From positions 620,001-684,000 of the forward strand of contig CBFFRQ010000068.1 of the NCBI GenBank assembly GCA_965644315.1: a DNA stretch of 64,000 bases, written 5' to 3'. Made by a program: the position numbers and the translations under genes. The stretch comes from Caecitellus pseudoparvulus. Its lineage: Eukaryota > Protista > Bigyra: Bicosoecida. The notes beneath the pieces were generated by a model that had not been told where the DNA came from, searched no databases, and saw only the letters and a program-made list of their open reading frames with translations. Within the stretch, counting starts at the first letter, position 1. The number at the start of each line of letters is the position of its first letter. Below, in pieces: positions 39,040 to 51,131 of this stretch.

Positions 39040-40963
39040 ATGGCAGAAGAACCGTCGCTTGAGACAGAAGGTCTGCGCCCCAGCGCAAGGCCGGAGAACG
39101 CCAGGGACGATGCTGAGGGCAAGCAAGTCGTTGTAGACGAGTCTTCGGGCGAAGAACTTACTGCTTGGGAGTTCACCTTCGTGCTGTCTGTGCTAGCTAT
39201 AATAAATTTCAACGAAGCCTTCCAGTGAGTGCGGAATTCGATCCCGCTGCTTTCGTGTGCGGGTGAAGTTTGGGCACGCTCAAGAGACCTTTTCGCAGAA
39301 TGAATTGCATCTGGCCCTTTCTTCCTGTGAGTACGTTCATCCCTGCCCGGATCTAGCCGAACTGCCAAGGGTGTGGTATTGGCAGCGTAGCGTGCGTGGC
39401 GCATACGTTGCCCGGAGGCACTTCACCGCATCCACCCTGTCGGAGCCGCAGTTTATGGTGGAGGATTTCGGGGTCCCCGAGACCCAAGTTGCTGCACACG
39501 TGGGGCTCCTGGCCTCCGCATTCTTCCTCGCCCAGCTCCTGTCCTCGGTGCTGTGGGGCATGGCCAGCGACAAGTGGGGACGCCGGCCCTGCCTGCTCCT
39601 TGGCGTGGTGCTGAGTGGCGCAGCCATGGTGCAGTTTGGGCTGGCGTCTTCATTTCCGTTGGCAGTGCTCGGGAGAGTGCTGGCTGGTGGGCTCAGTGGC
39701 AATGTCGGCATTACCAAGACATACATGGGCGAAGTTGCGAGAGGAAGCAGGGCGGCCCGGGGGTTCAGCGTGATGGGCACTGTGTGGGGCATCGGCTCCA
39801 TTCTTGCGCCCATCGTGGGAGGGTACCTGTCCCAGCCCACTGAGAAGTTCCCTGCTACATTCCCTCCTGAAGGCACGCCTTTCCTCGTGCAGTTCCCGTA
39901 CTTTCTGCCGTGCATGGCCAGCACGTTGGTCGCCGCGGTGGCTGCTCTGTTGGGTTTCTTTTTCCTCCCGGAGACGCATGCATTCCTATCCGGGGCCACA
40001 GGGCCACCCAGGCAGTTCTGTGGAGGGGCGTGTTCTCGACGGGCGTACGCGAAGCTGCCTGACACAGAAGCGGCTGCCCCGCCAGGGGGCGCTGGCGGTG
40101 ACGTGCAGCCCGCAGGCGCTTGTGGGACAGGCATCCCCTCCGTCACTGTACATGCCATTCTCTGTTACGCAGGGGTGGCAATGGCTCAGGTGCTGTTTGA
40201 TGAGTTGATGCCTGTGATGGCAAAGTTTCCTGTCAGCAAGGGGGGCTTGGGCTTCCAGGCGGCTCAGGTTGGCCTGGTGCTCACTATTCAAGGGGTTGTG
40301 CTGGTTCTGTACCAGCTCTTGCTGTTTCCACACATGGTTGCGTGGTTGGGCACCCTCCGCTTGTTTCAGATGTCTGCGGGGGGCCTCATACCAGTCGTGC
40401 TGCTGTGGCCGTTCACCACGCTAGCAGCAGAGGCATCCAGCGCGCAGCTGTGGGCAGTGGTGTCTGTGTTAATCGGGCTAAAGGCCATCGTCATGGCGAA
40501 TCTCTTCACTGGGGTCATGCTGCTCATCAACGCTTCTGTGCGTCAAGCAGTGCCACTTGGAACTGTGAATGGAGTCGCACAGTCTGCCTCTGCTGGTGTG
40601 CGGAGCGTGGCACCCTTCCTAGGGGGCGTTCTCTTCTCAGCCTCCCATGCACTGCACTGGCGTCTGCACGGGCTCGTGGCCTACCTGCTTCCAGCCATGG
40701 TCATGCTGGCAGTGGCTGCTGGCTCCTTGCGCCTGCCAAGCTGGCTGGACGAAGACCAACCCTCCCCCCGCAGTGGCCAGGTTCAACCCAAGTCCACAGC
40801 CACAGCACTTTCCTCTGAGCAAGCTGAGGGCGATGTTGAGATCGGCTTGTCCGCGGGTGACATTGAGTTGTCCGCCACTGGCAACAGCGGCTTTACAGCT
40901 CCCTCGCCAGGGCAGCGAGCTCTTCCTCTGAGCACTTGTGTGGAGCATCGTCGAAGCACGTGA
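39040..40963 (+). CDS. MFS transporter (ZIFL/TCR-like)
   Basis: Spliced IWPFLP/FMVEDFG, motif A WGMASDKWGRRP, GGLSGNVG and GTVNGVAQS; many TM segments. Confidence 0.9.
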
Positions 40964-41366
40964 TCCTGGATTCGTCCAGGATCTTGAAGTGCGAGAAATG
41001 TAAATGAATGCGTGTGTCAGGGTACACCAGCACCTCCACGCGCCAGTCGGGGTGTTGCCTGCTCCGCAGCCAGCGGACGAATGCCTCCCCCACCTCTCGC
41101 CTGGCACGGACTTCACCGACTAGGTGGTTGGTGTTTTGGTGTCGCTGCACCCACCCAAAAGCCGCCTCCTCGTCGGCTCGTTCCACAATGGCGGCAATCA
41201 GCTCTGCCCTGTCGAACTCGCCAGCGATCTCGAAGCGGAAGCCCATAAAGCGATCCACAGCACGCCAGCCGACGTACATGGCGTCAATGTCGTCACAGAC
41301 CCCACAGCGCAGGCACAGCACAGTGGCGGTGAGTGTCAGCAGCTGGCGCACCAAGCTGCCTCGCAT
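40893..41366 (-). CDS. Secretory-pathway acylphosphatase-like protein
   Basis: Signal peptide-like N-terminus, GFRFEI.G, FGWVQ, LVGE.R and F.HF.I pattern; ends in AREL. Confidence 0.65.
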   Translation of the reverse strand: MRGSLVRQLLTLTATVLCLRCGVCDDIDAMYVGWRAVDRFMGFRFEIAGEFDRAELIAAIVERADEEAAFGWVQRHQNTNHLVGEVRARREVGEAFVRWLRSRQHPDWRVEVLVYPDTRIHLHFSHFKILDESRITCFDDAPHKCSEEELAALAREL

Positions 41367-41579
41367 GTTAGCGCGGAATTTGAGCAGCGTTGACCTGCTG
41401 ACGACGCCCGCACTTTGCACAGCTCGTGCAGCACCAGTTCGCAGAGAAATGGCCCTGCTTTTCTCGACCACGTCCAAACCACCACTCCCAACAATGAGGA
41501 GATAAACGGCTTTGGCAGCAGTGAACCACTGCCGAGCTTGCTCCCTCTTTGCTCACTGTGCCGTGCCGCCGCCGCCACC

Positions 41580-44554
41580 ATGGCTGCAGCTCAGCTTGCG
41601 TGGAGGCGAGTGGCCTGTGCCTCGACACAGGCCCCCAGGCGGTGGGCAAGCGCCGCGACGTCGGCCAGCATGGACTTGGCAGGGAAGCCTCTCAGTTTGG
41701 AGAGCGGCCTGATCGGTCCTTTGGCGGATGGCATGGTACTGGCAAAGTGGGTTGTCCTGCGGAAATTGACAGCGTTCGGCCCGCAACACGCTGGTTGCCC
41801 ACACTTGCACAGGCACGGCGAGTCTTCGCTGATGACATCAGCTGTGTCGAGCTACACAGAGTCAGACAGTGGCTTCCTTCCCCTGTCTGTGGAGTATCGT
41901 GAGCGCACGTATGCGGCAGGTTTCATTCCACAAACCTGGCACAGGAAAGAGGGCATGTGTGTAGGAAGGCTGCGCTGCCCCCGCGCTCTCACAATGGGCA
42001 CTCCCTCCCCTTCCCGCTGCAACGACACAGGCCTACAGACAGGGAAGTCCTCGGCGCCCGCTTCATCGATCGCAGCATCCGGCCATTCTTCCCGAAGGGC
42101 TACGCCCACGACACGCAGCTCATCACCAGCATCACGTCGTACTCGCCTGCAGCCCCAGTGGAGGCGCTGGCCATCAACGCCGCCTCAGCAGCTCTCCTTG
42201 TGAGCGACATCCCCTTCTTCGGCCCCGTGGCGGCGGTTCGGGTGGGCTGGGTGGACGGCAGCATGGTGCTGCACCCGACTGCCGAGGAGCTGGCGGCCTC
42301 TCAGCTGTCCCTGCTGTACGCTGGCACCCACTCCCGCACTGCCATGATCGAGATGGACGCGGCAGAGATCCCGGAGGACACGCTCTTTGAAGCGCTGGCC
42401 GCTGCTCACCGGGCCCTGGAGCCGCTGCTGGCCTTGCAGTTGCAGCTCGCCGCGAAGGTGGGTAAGCCTGTGCGTGAAGGCAGCCCTCGCATCCTGCCTG
42501 CTGCAGCGTACGCCGTGGTGAAGGAAGCCGTGTACGAGGAGGCCTGCCGCATCTACAGCACCCACAGCCTGGCCAAGGGCGAGCGGGGCGCTGCTGTTGC
42601 CCAGCTGACCACGGTGGCAGCTGAGGCTCTGGCTGAGGCGGGGGAGGTGGGGGAGGGGCACCCCGCGCCCCTCATCGCCGCTGCCGTGAATGCGGTGTGC
42701 AGGGAGGCCTTCCGCGACATTCTCCTGGGGCAGGCTACCCCCATGGGCAGCGACGCCCCCATGCTGCCCTCCCTGCCAGGCCAGCGGGGCGACACGCTGC
42801 AGCCCCTGACACTGACCAAGCCAGTGCGCGTGGATGGGCGGGATGGCAACACAGTGCGCCCCCTGCACGCTGCTGTGGACGTCTTCCCCCGCGTGCACGG
42901 CAGCTCAGTGTTCAGCCGGGGCGAGACGCAGTGCGTCGGCACCGTCACGCTGGGCCCACCCACCATCGCCCAGACGCTCCGCCCCGTCGCCGGCGGGCCC
43001 GACAAGAAGACCTTCATGCTGCACTATGACTTCCCCCCCTACTCCATCAACGAAGTGGGCCGCGTCGGCGGTGCGAACCGCCGCATGGTGGGGCATGGCG
43101 CCCTGGCGGAGAAGGCGCTGGCGCCCCTCCTGCCCCACGGGGAGGACTTCCCCTACGTCATGCGCGCCACCAGCGAGGTGAGCGGCTCAGACGGCTCCTC
43201 GTCCATGGCAACGGTGTGCGCCGTGTCCCTGGCGCTGCGGGATGCTGGCGTCCCCATGCCTTCCCTCGTGGCCGGCGCCTCAGTGGGGCTCATGACGCCA
43301 CCCGGCCTGAACCTGCCCGACTCGCCGCCCGCTGGGGCCAAGGCCATCCCTGAGTGCTGGCTGCCTCAAGGGACCCTGGGGAGTGACATGGCCGACCCAG
43401 GCTACCTGCTGCTCTCCGACATCCGGGGCCTGGAGGACCACCACGGGGACATGGACTTCAAGATCGCAGGCACAGAAGCGGGCATCACAGCCATGCAGCT
43501 GGACGTCAAGCTGCCAGGTGTCCCACTCCCCGTCCTGCTGCACGGGGTGAAGAAGGCGCGCACCGCGTACGGCACGGTGCTGCGCACGATGGCCGCCGTG
43601 CAACCGCAGCCTCGGCCAGGCCTCAAGGACACCGCCCCCCGCATGGGCCTCATCCCGGTGCCGCGTGACATGCGCGGGCGCATCATCGGCCCAGGGGGCG
43701 TCATTCTGCGGGGCATCCAGGATGCCACTGGGGCTGCCTTGCGCTTCCTGCCGGATGCGGAGTTCTTGCAGATCTTCGCGGAGAACGAGGACGGCGTGGA
43801 GCTGGCCAGCGAAATGGTGCATGCCATCTTGGATGACGAGGAGGCAGGCGGCATGCGGGGCAGGGGCGGCGCACCCCCTGCGCCCCGCCCATCTCGGCTC
43901 GCGGTAGGGGAGTGCGTCACCGGCACCGTGACGAAAGTGCTGGACTTCGGTGTCGTGCTGGGGGTGGGGGACAGCGACGATGCGGGATTGCTGCACATTT
44001 CCAAAATGGCACGGGCAGGGCCGGGCGGGCGCCGCTTGCCCCTGCCCGCAGTCGGCACCAGCGTGACTGTGCAGGTGACTGATGTAGATGCCTTGGGCCG
44101 CGCGAAGTTTGCGCAGGTGACCTCCTCCGCTGCGTCTGAGGTGTCTGCCGCTGCACCGCCTGCAGGTGCGGCACTGCCCACTGCAGCAGAGGCCCCCGTG
44201 CCGCAGCCGCGTGTGGAGCGTCAGCCAACACGACTTGAGGCCGAGGAGCTTCGAGAGCAGGCTGCTCACCAAGTCCCTGACCACCACGCAGAGAGCGTTC
44301 ACGCAGACGAGGACCAGCAAGTAGACGAAGCGACGCCTAGCTTCACCTTCCCAAGTGCACCCCCGGCCTCCGGAAACTACGAGGCACAGTCCCCCACCCT
44401 GGCTGCGTGCCCGGAGCTGGCAGGTGTGTCTCCTACCCCCGGCAGTTTTGCCTACCTGTCCAGCACGACCCTGGCTGCTGCCCCAGGCCCCAAGTCCAAG
44501 CGCAGGTCCCTGCCTCGTCAGCGCGGGCAAAAGCATGGGCGAAACCGCAGGTAG
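41580..44554 (+). CDS. PNPT1: Polyribonucleotide nucleotidyltransferase (PNPase), mitochondrial
   Basis: FLPLSVEYRE, RFIDRSIRP.FP, HGSSVFSRGETQ, SDGSSSMA, EDHHGDMDFKIAG, KH domain (IIGPGG) and S1 domain. Confidence 0.96.
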
Positions 44555-44894
44555 TGCAGGGTTGCTGGTTCCGTGTGGAATTTTCTGGTTGAACACGTAG
44601 GGCTGCTGGCAGAGCTGAGGGTGTGTCTTGCGGGTAGAGCGCGCCATCGTGCGGGTGCCTGCTCCTTTCGTGCGAGAAAATGTTGCCGTTGTTGCAGTCA
44701 AGAGCTGCATTTCCGCACCAGCATGCCCAAGTTTCTCAAGCCAGCACTTGCAAGAAGGTTTGCACGCAATTCACGTGGCTAGCAGCGGGGCCCATGTGTG
44801 TGGCGTGCGCCTGCTTGACAGAGCAGCGCTCCCTTTCCAGGTATGAAGCAAGGGAGCCACACTTCTATTCAGTGCTGCAAGCTAGCGTTTGCAT

Positions 44895-47696
44895 TCACTG
44901 CAACAAGGCAGTAGCAGGGCGGGCAGCAGGGAGCGTCTTCATGGGCGCAGGCGCTTCCAGGACAACTCCATCATTGACGCACGCCACGGTGGTGGCAGGG
45001 GCGGCCATGGCTGAAGCCGAAGCAGACGTAAGCACGATCGCATCATGCGGCAGCCCCTTCAACGTTTCAGGCGGTGCGAAAAGCATGGCCTGGGCTGTGT
45101 GAGGTGTCGGCAAGGCCGTGCACGTGAGCACTTGGCAGCCATCCAGCCACACCTCCAAAGAGCCCACCCCGCGGGCGGGCGACTTGCTGTAGTTTTTCAG
45201 GACAATGGCTCCAAGCACGACGGGCGCCTGCAGCGCAACATGCAGCGTGACTTCTTCGTGTGCGCTGCGCTGCCCAAGCCATGGCTGCTGCTCCTCCCGG
45301 CCGAGGTTGCTGACATGGCGAATGTCGCCTGCACAGCCAGGGAAGCTGGCAGCTGTGGGCGTCGCCTGCACTGTGGGCAGGGGGACAACGGTCCCCGCAG
45401 CATCCAGCAGTGTCAATGCATCCAAGCCAACGTAGTACGCATCCCCGCAGCTTCCGAGCACCTTCAGCTGCACCAGGCTCGTCATGGGGAAGCACCCAAC
45501 CACACAAGATGCAGCCAGCGAGGCAGACAGGCCCTTTGCAGGCAACCCCCTCGCGCAGCCTTCCCAAGCTGCAGCCACCCCGGTGGCGGCAAGATCGAGT
45601 GCAGGCGCCTCGGGTAGCAGGGCCGGGCCGGCTGCAAGCCGCAGAGTCTGTGCAAAGTCCCAGGCGTCACTGCTGGGAGCGGGCCGGAGCCAGATGCACG
45701 GGTCACTTGCGTATGCTGCTGGGGGACTTGCAGCAGGCGGAGCGACAGGCTGGCCGTCCAAACACAGCAAGATGCGGCGCGCACCGCGCTGCCACCCTTC
45801 GCCTTGTTTGTTGTAGTTCCACACCCGCAAGGCCAGCAGCGGCGTGCTGGCGGGCAGGGCAATGCGCAGCAAGTGCTGCCCAGGGTGCACCTGCCCGCCT
45901 TGCCCGAGTGCTGGACCTCGAGGGTGTGGGGCCGTGTACGGGATCAGCCACATGTGCGTGTCCTGTGTTGTGAGGTTCACACCGTCCACGAGTTTATCCA
46001 AAGTGCGATCGTCCCCTACATGGCCGTCCACATTGATGTCCCTCGGACAGGCAGCCAGTGCAGAGGGCGGCAGCGGCACAGCCTGCACCACTCCGCCTCG
46101 CACGGTGAGCAGCTGCACACCCGTCAAGCCGACGTACCAGGGGTCACCTTGTGTGTCCACGATCCAAATGTCTATGACTTGTGCGTGTGGTAGTGGCGGG
46201 TAGTCGTGGGGGAGCGGCTGCCCCACCTCCAACCCGGCGTGACGTTTGGCAGGTGCTGAGCTTGGCCTGGCGGGGGGAGGCGGGGACCTGGGCCCAGGAG
46301 ACGAGGGCACTGACAGCCCTGCATCCACACCAAACGCTTCTGCCCTGGCCCTCGCCGACGGAGACTGTAGGCTGGGGAGGGGCGACGTCGCCCCCCACGC
46401 ATCGTCCGCGCCGCCCCAATGACGCCTGCGCCGCAAATAGCCCTCCGCAGCACGTGGCGGCGATCGCAGCGCCGCTGCAGCCTCGGCCAGCAGTGCATCT
46501 GCTGTGGACATGGCCTTGGCAGGAGAAGCGCTCCCTAGCAACGACGCCGCTTCTTGCAGCAGGGCATCAGCTGGGGCAGTGGTGGGTGGCGCTGCCTTCT
46601 CAGACGTTGTCGGCCGCGCAGCTTCCATGGCCCGCACGCTGCGCCAGACGAGGCCATCAGCTGCCCCCCCTCCCGGAATGAGTCCACACTGCACATCACT
46701 GGCGTGCATGGCGGCGAGCGCTGCCTCGTCCATGGTGAACAGGATGTTGCCGGACACCCCGCCCCCTTTCCCCACCTCGCCATCGTACACCACCCGGCCG
46801 TCCAAAGTGACACGCACCCTGCGCAGGCCGCGACCCGCGTGGGCTCGATCCCCTGTGCGGTAGTTCCACAGACGCAAACACCCAAGCGCGATGGGGGAGT
46901 GCCAAGTGACGGTGAGCGTAGCACTGCCACGCCACGGAGCAAGCCACGTGTGCAACTCATTGCTCGTGCAGAAATTGCCATCCACAAGCTTGTCTGCCGA
47001 GCGCGGATCTCCCACGAACCCCGGCAGCGAGTCGACACCTGCAGGGTCGGCATGCAGTGCCCCGATGGGGGTGCCGCTGGGGGGCTCAGCGCACACCACT
47101 AACGGCAGCTCCAGCCCAGCCGCGTCAAACGCTTGGATGCCATTTGCGCCCACGAAGTGCGGGTCCCCCCAGTTGCTGAGGATGTGCACTCGCAACAGAC
47201 GCCCTGTTGGACAGTGGGGCACAGCGGTGAACGATGTTGAGAGGGACAAATCACCAGGGCTGTCCTCTGGCTCGTCGTCTGCAGGGGGACGTGTCCGGCT
47301 CAGTACCGCGCTGGTGTCCAGCGCCTCGTGTGCTTCAACAGGGCCGGTATCGTTCACCAACACGGGGGCGGAGCCGGCATCTGGCGTCTGGGGAACCGGC
47401 AACCTTCCCGGGTGATGCCTGGCGAAGAAGGACAAACTCGTCAAGCTCGCCTCAAGCTCGTCGCTAACGGGACCGGCGGCCTTGCCTTGAGCCACCGCGT
47501 GCGGGGCGGGCGGTGGCGGTGGTGAAGACACCATGCCCCGCGCAACTACCAAGAGCTCTTCTAACTGGGCCATACTCAGCCCAGAAGCCACAGACATCAG
47601 ACGAGCTACAGCAAATCTGTGCGTTTCAGTGGCGTTTCCACCCCGCACCCGACCAACCCATTGGGGAAGCAGGCTCTGGCGTCGAGGTGCTGCCAT
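44895..47696 (-). CDS. KATNIP: Katanin-interacting protein (KIAA0556, DUF4457 repeats)
   Basis: Three repeats of ..NWGD..[FY]VG..GI / D.R..DKLVDG / [TM]WL.P / LR.WNY. Confidence 0.85.
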   Translation of the reverse strand: MAAPRRQSLLPQWVGRVRGGNATETHRFAVARLMSVASGLSMAQLEELLVVARGMVSSPPPPPAPHAVAQGKAAGPVSDELEASLTSLSFFARHHPGRLPVPQTPDAGSAPVLVNDTGPVEAHEALDTSAVLSRTRPPADDEPEDSPGDLSLSTSFTAVPHCPTGRLLRVHILSNWGDPHFVGANGIQAFDAAGLELPLVVCAEPPSGTPIGALHADPAGVDSLPGFVGDPRSADKLVDGNFCTSNELHTWLAPWRGSATLTVTWHSPIALGCLRLWNYRTGDRAHAGRGLRRVRVTLDGRVVYDGEVGKGGGVSGNILFTMDEAALAAMHASDVQCGLIPGGGAADGLVWRSVRAMEAARPTTSEKAAPPTTAPADALLQEAASLLGSASPAKAMSTADALLAEAAAALRSPPRAAEGYLRRRRHWGGADDAWGATSPLPSLQSPSARARAEAFGVDAGLSVPSSPGPRSPPPPARPSSAPAKRHAGLEVGQPLPHDYPPLPHAQVIDIWIVDTQGDPWYVGLTGVQLLTVRGGVVQAVPLPPSALAACPRDINVDGHVGDDRTLDKLVDGVNLTTQDTHMWLIPYTAPHPRGPALGQGGQVHPGQHLLRIALPASTPLLALRVWNYNKQGEGWQRGARRILLCLDGQPVAPPAASPPAAYASDPCIWLRPAPSSDAWDFAQTLRLAAGPALLPEAPALDLAATGVAAAWEGCARGLPAKGLSASLAASCVVGCFPMTSLVQLKVLGSCGDAYYVGLDALTLLDAAGTVVPLPTVQATPTAASFPGCAGDIRHVSNLGREEQQPWLGQRSAHEEVTLHVALQAPVVLGAIVLKNYSKSPARGVGSLEVWLDGCQVLTCTALPTPHTAQAMLFAPPETLKGLPHDAIVLTSASASAMAAPATTVACVNDGVVLEAPAPMKTLPAARPATALLQ

Positions 47697-48229
47697 GTCA
47701 AAGCTGCCTCGATGTGGTCAGTCCAGATACACGAAGTTCAACAGTCTTTTTGCTTTGCGCTTGACAAGGCGTCCCACCTGGTTAAAATCGCCAGCCCACC
47801 GCGAGCACGGTCCCGAAGCAGGCAAGTGAACCGCTTGCTTGCGCCCCAAACGTGACGGTGCTTGAGCTTTGAAGGAACAAGGAAGGATACCTTTTCCACG
47901 TGATAAATCACTGCATTTTTACCCTTCAAGAATTGCGTTGGATGCAATGCTGCAGGGTGGCCCGTTCCCAACTCAACATTGAGAAATAGCCCAAATTTAT
48001 GCCCACGGCTGCAAGCCTTGCATTCTGCCTGGCTCGCGCAGTTAACCCCCACAGAAGCGTTCGCCAACACATGGAACAGCGTCACCTTGCTTGAGTTGCC
48101 CGAAGCAGGAGCATGGCGCGCCTGCCCTGCCGAGCACTGGTTCCACCCCACACTGCATCCTTCGCAGGCTGCCTGGATGCCTCGCCAACCACAAGCCGTG
48201 CTTGCGGCGGGATGGCTCGGTGCCCGGTG

Positions 48230-48931
48230 AGACCAAGCAGCTCGCGCACCACACCCACACGGCCTTTCTCACAAGCAGCTCGGAAGCCGGCCTCAGGCCT
48301 GCCCACAGGACCAGCATGCACATCCACCTCTCGGTGCCCAATCAAGCTCAGCAGCTCGCGCACCACGCCCAGGTGCCCTTCCCCGCAGGCGAGCTGGAAG
48401 CCAGCCTCAGGCCCATACCGATCCCCAGCATGCACATTCACCTCACGATGCCCAGTCAGAGCCAGCAGCTCGCGCACCACACCAATGTGCCCATTCTGAC
48501 AGGCCAGCCGGAAGCCATACTCAGGCTCACCCTCCGGCCCTGCATGCACGTCCACCTCGCGATGCCCAATCAAGCTCAGCAGCTCTCGCACCACACCAAT
48601 GTGCCCATTCTCACAAGCAACTCGGAAGCCATACTCAGGCTCGCCCTCAGGCCCTGCATGCACATCCACCTCGCGATGCCCAATCAAGCTCAGCAGCTCG
48701 CGCACCACACCAATGTGCCCATTCTGACAGGCAAGCCGGAAGCCATACTCAGGCTCACCCTCCGGCCCTGCATGCACATCCACCTCGCGATGCCCAATCA
48801 AGCTCAGCAGCTCTCGCACCACACCAATGTGCCCATTCTGACAGGCAAGTATGAAGCCTTGCTCAGGCATGCTCTCAGGCCCTGCATGTACATCCACCTC
48901 ACGATCACCCGCCAACTTCAACAGCTCGCGC
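48230..48931 (-). repeat. 114-bp (38-aa) tandem ankyrin repeats, 3' block
   Basis: Near-identical units GFRLACQNGHIGVVRELLSLIGHREVDVHAGPEGEPEY; period 114 bp (e.g. 48481 and 48595). Confidence 0.93.
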
Positions 48932-51131
48932 AAAATCCAACGGCCTTCGGCCTATGCCTTCGGCATGGGAGGTCTACTCCCCGTCCCTCTGTGCCCGGCT
49001 GCTGGCCCTTCAGAAAGCCACGGCAAAGGCTGCAGGCGTGGGGGGCGCAGCGCCCATTCTGGCGGAGCGCCCCACGACGCACCACCGCACGCAAGGCATG
49101 TCAGGTACAAGCTGGTCGGCCTAAATGTAAATGCTCCACCAGGTGCACCAGGCTGCAACACTGGCGTATCACAAGCGGTAAGCCTGGTCTCACCCTTCAC
49201 CACAACAAAGCGGTCAGGCAGCCTGGCCGCTTTGATGTGTCCACTGAGTCACAGCAAGCCCCGTGGAGCGACCATGGCCTTGGCATTGCGCCCAGCATCT
49301 GCACCCACATACACCTTGAAATTTCTAGGTGCTTTGCAGGGTGATCCGCGCACCCTTTAGGCATGAGCCCGATGAACAGTCCAGACTTTGATTGCTCACG
49401 AAAATGCGATCTCATGCTGCAATGCACTGGCACACCCTCCGGGATGGCCGACGGAAAAGACAACACAGGGTACATAAAGCTCACTAACGCTTGGAGGGCG
49501 GGGTCTCGTGCTCTGCGGGACAGGACGTACGAGCACATGCTTTCGGAGCAACAAGGTGCCACTTCCACGCACAAGGCCACAGGGCAGGGCTGTGCCCCAA
49601 CGGCACTACAAGTGCCATGCGCCTGGCCTGTGGATGCAACACTGCATGGCCAGTCTACTGCCTGCTGCACAGTGGCCAATCCTGTGCCGTTGGCTTGTGC
49701 AGGTTTTGCTGTATAGGCGTGCTGACTCTTTTCCGTGCTCGGTGAGCCAGTGCAAGGCCGCTTGAGCACACTGGCGCACTGGCAAGGCGATTCAGGGCAT
49801 TGGTAGGTCGTGTAACAATGGTGATTGTGCTGGTAGGCACGGTTGTGCTTGCTGTAGCTTTGAGCAGTGCTGCATTGCTGAGCCTTGCCCTGGCCTGGTG
49901 ATTGGCTGGCGTCTCGCACAGCGCCTTTGTGCTTGCGCAAGCGTACGAGCTCTGATGGCTTGTGCTATAGAGCCATGTGCACTTGCTTGCATCAGTGCCT
50001 TGGTGGCGTGATTGGGGTGGTGCAGGGAGTGCTGTCCGATCCAGGTCGAGGCCTTGCTTGACGGGCCAGTGATTGCTCGGCAGCGGCGTCAGGCCGCCGA
50101 GCTGGGGCTGCAAGCTTGGGCGCCGACTCGTCCATGTGCATGTGCTTGAACTGTATGCATTGCTTGGTATGCGGCAAATGGAACAGCTGCCGTCGGTCTC
50201 GCTGCCATGCGCGCTGCGCCAGCAGCGCGCATGGCAGCGAGACCGACTGAAGGCAGCGCACTTGCTTGAGAATAGCAGTCCGGCCATGGCGTGGCCTGCG
50301 TGTGGTCCATGCTGGACCCAGGCATGAGCGGTGGGCGTGATGCCTCTGGCTACGCCGCCAGCACATGGAGGAGAATGCCAGCTTCCTCTGCTGCCTTGGG
50401 CTTCGAAGCCATCGCCACGCAATGCAGGGCCAATCGAAGGTGGTTCAGGCCATTGGCTACTGTCGCAGCGGAGGGGGGCGCGATTGGCATACCAAGCTTC
50501 CTACAATGCATACAAGCTGGTTCCAGATGCAGCACTTGCACAGTGCTTCGCACACGCTGCACAGCGCAAGCAATCATGACGTCATCAATGCGTTTCGCGA
50601 CAATATCAGCCTGGAAACCTGCGCATTGACAGATTCCTGCACGCTGAGCGCGCCGCGGAGCGGAAGAAGCCTGAAAATATAGACTTACACACGAAACACA
50701 GGCGCAGTCTGTGAATCGGAGAGTTGGAGCACAGCTGTCGCAAGCAGGGCGAGTCTGCGTTTGCCGTGAAACTCGACTAAGAAGGGCCAGTGCAGCGCGA
50801 ACGGTGGCTCTGCCCAGACCGCTACACATGCAAGAAGACAGACAATACTGAATGAGATTGTGTCTAAGGGTCCAATGTGGGATTGCCTGTCTGATCAGAG
50901 TGCAGGCACGGCCTGGAGTTCGACAGGCAAGCAATTTCCGCCTCAACAAGACCGCCTCACGCACACCAAAATGCCAGAGACTGCCAGCATTGACTCTGTT
51001 TAGCCTATTCGGTGTCTGATGTATCTGTTGAATGCATTGTCTTGTCGAGAACTGCCCGCATGCCAACCTTTATGTGCCCCATTGACAGGCCTGTCCCCCC
51101 AGACCCCCACACCCTAGGACGGGGATTAGGA
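48932..51131 (-). mobile_element. Non-autonomous Helentron/Helitron2-like insertion
   Basis: Interrupts an ankyrin repeat without a TSD. Asymmetric inverted repeats CTACTCCCCGTCC (48974-48986) and GGACGGGGATTAG (51117-51129), 12/13 match. Two GAA-loop hairpins at 48942-48966. Minus-strand ends are 5'-TC and T-run-3'. Confidence 0.7.
50192..50247. repeat. Perfect 25-bp inverted repeat with 6-nt spacer
   Basis: GTCGGTCTCGCTGCCATGCGCGCTG-cgccag-CAGCGCGCATGGCAGCGAGACCGAC. Confidence 0.92.

Noticed and set aside
48932-51131. Fanzor/TnpB or Rep-helicase gene in the insertion
   Set aside because: No RuvC, zinc-finger or HUH motifs are recognisable in the listed ORFs; only short Cys-rich spurious frames.
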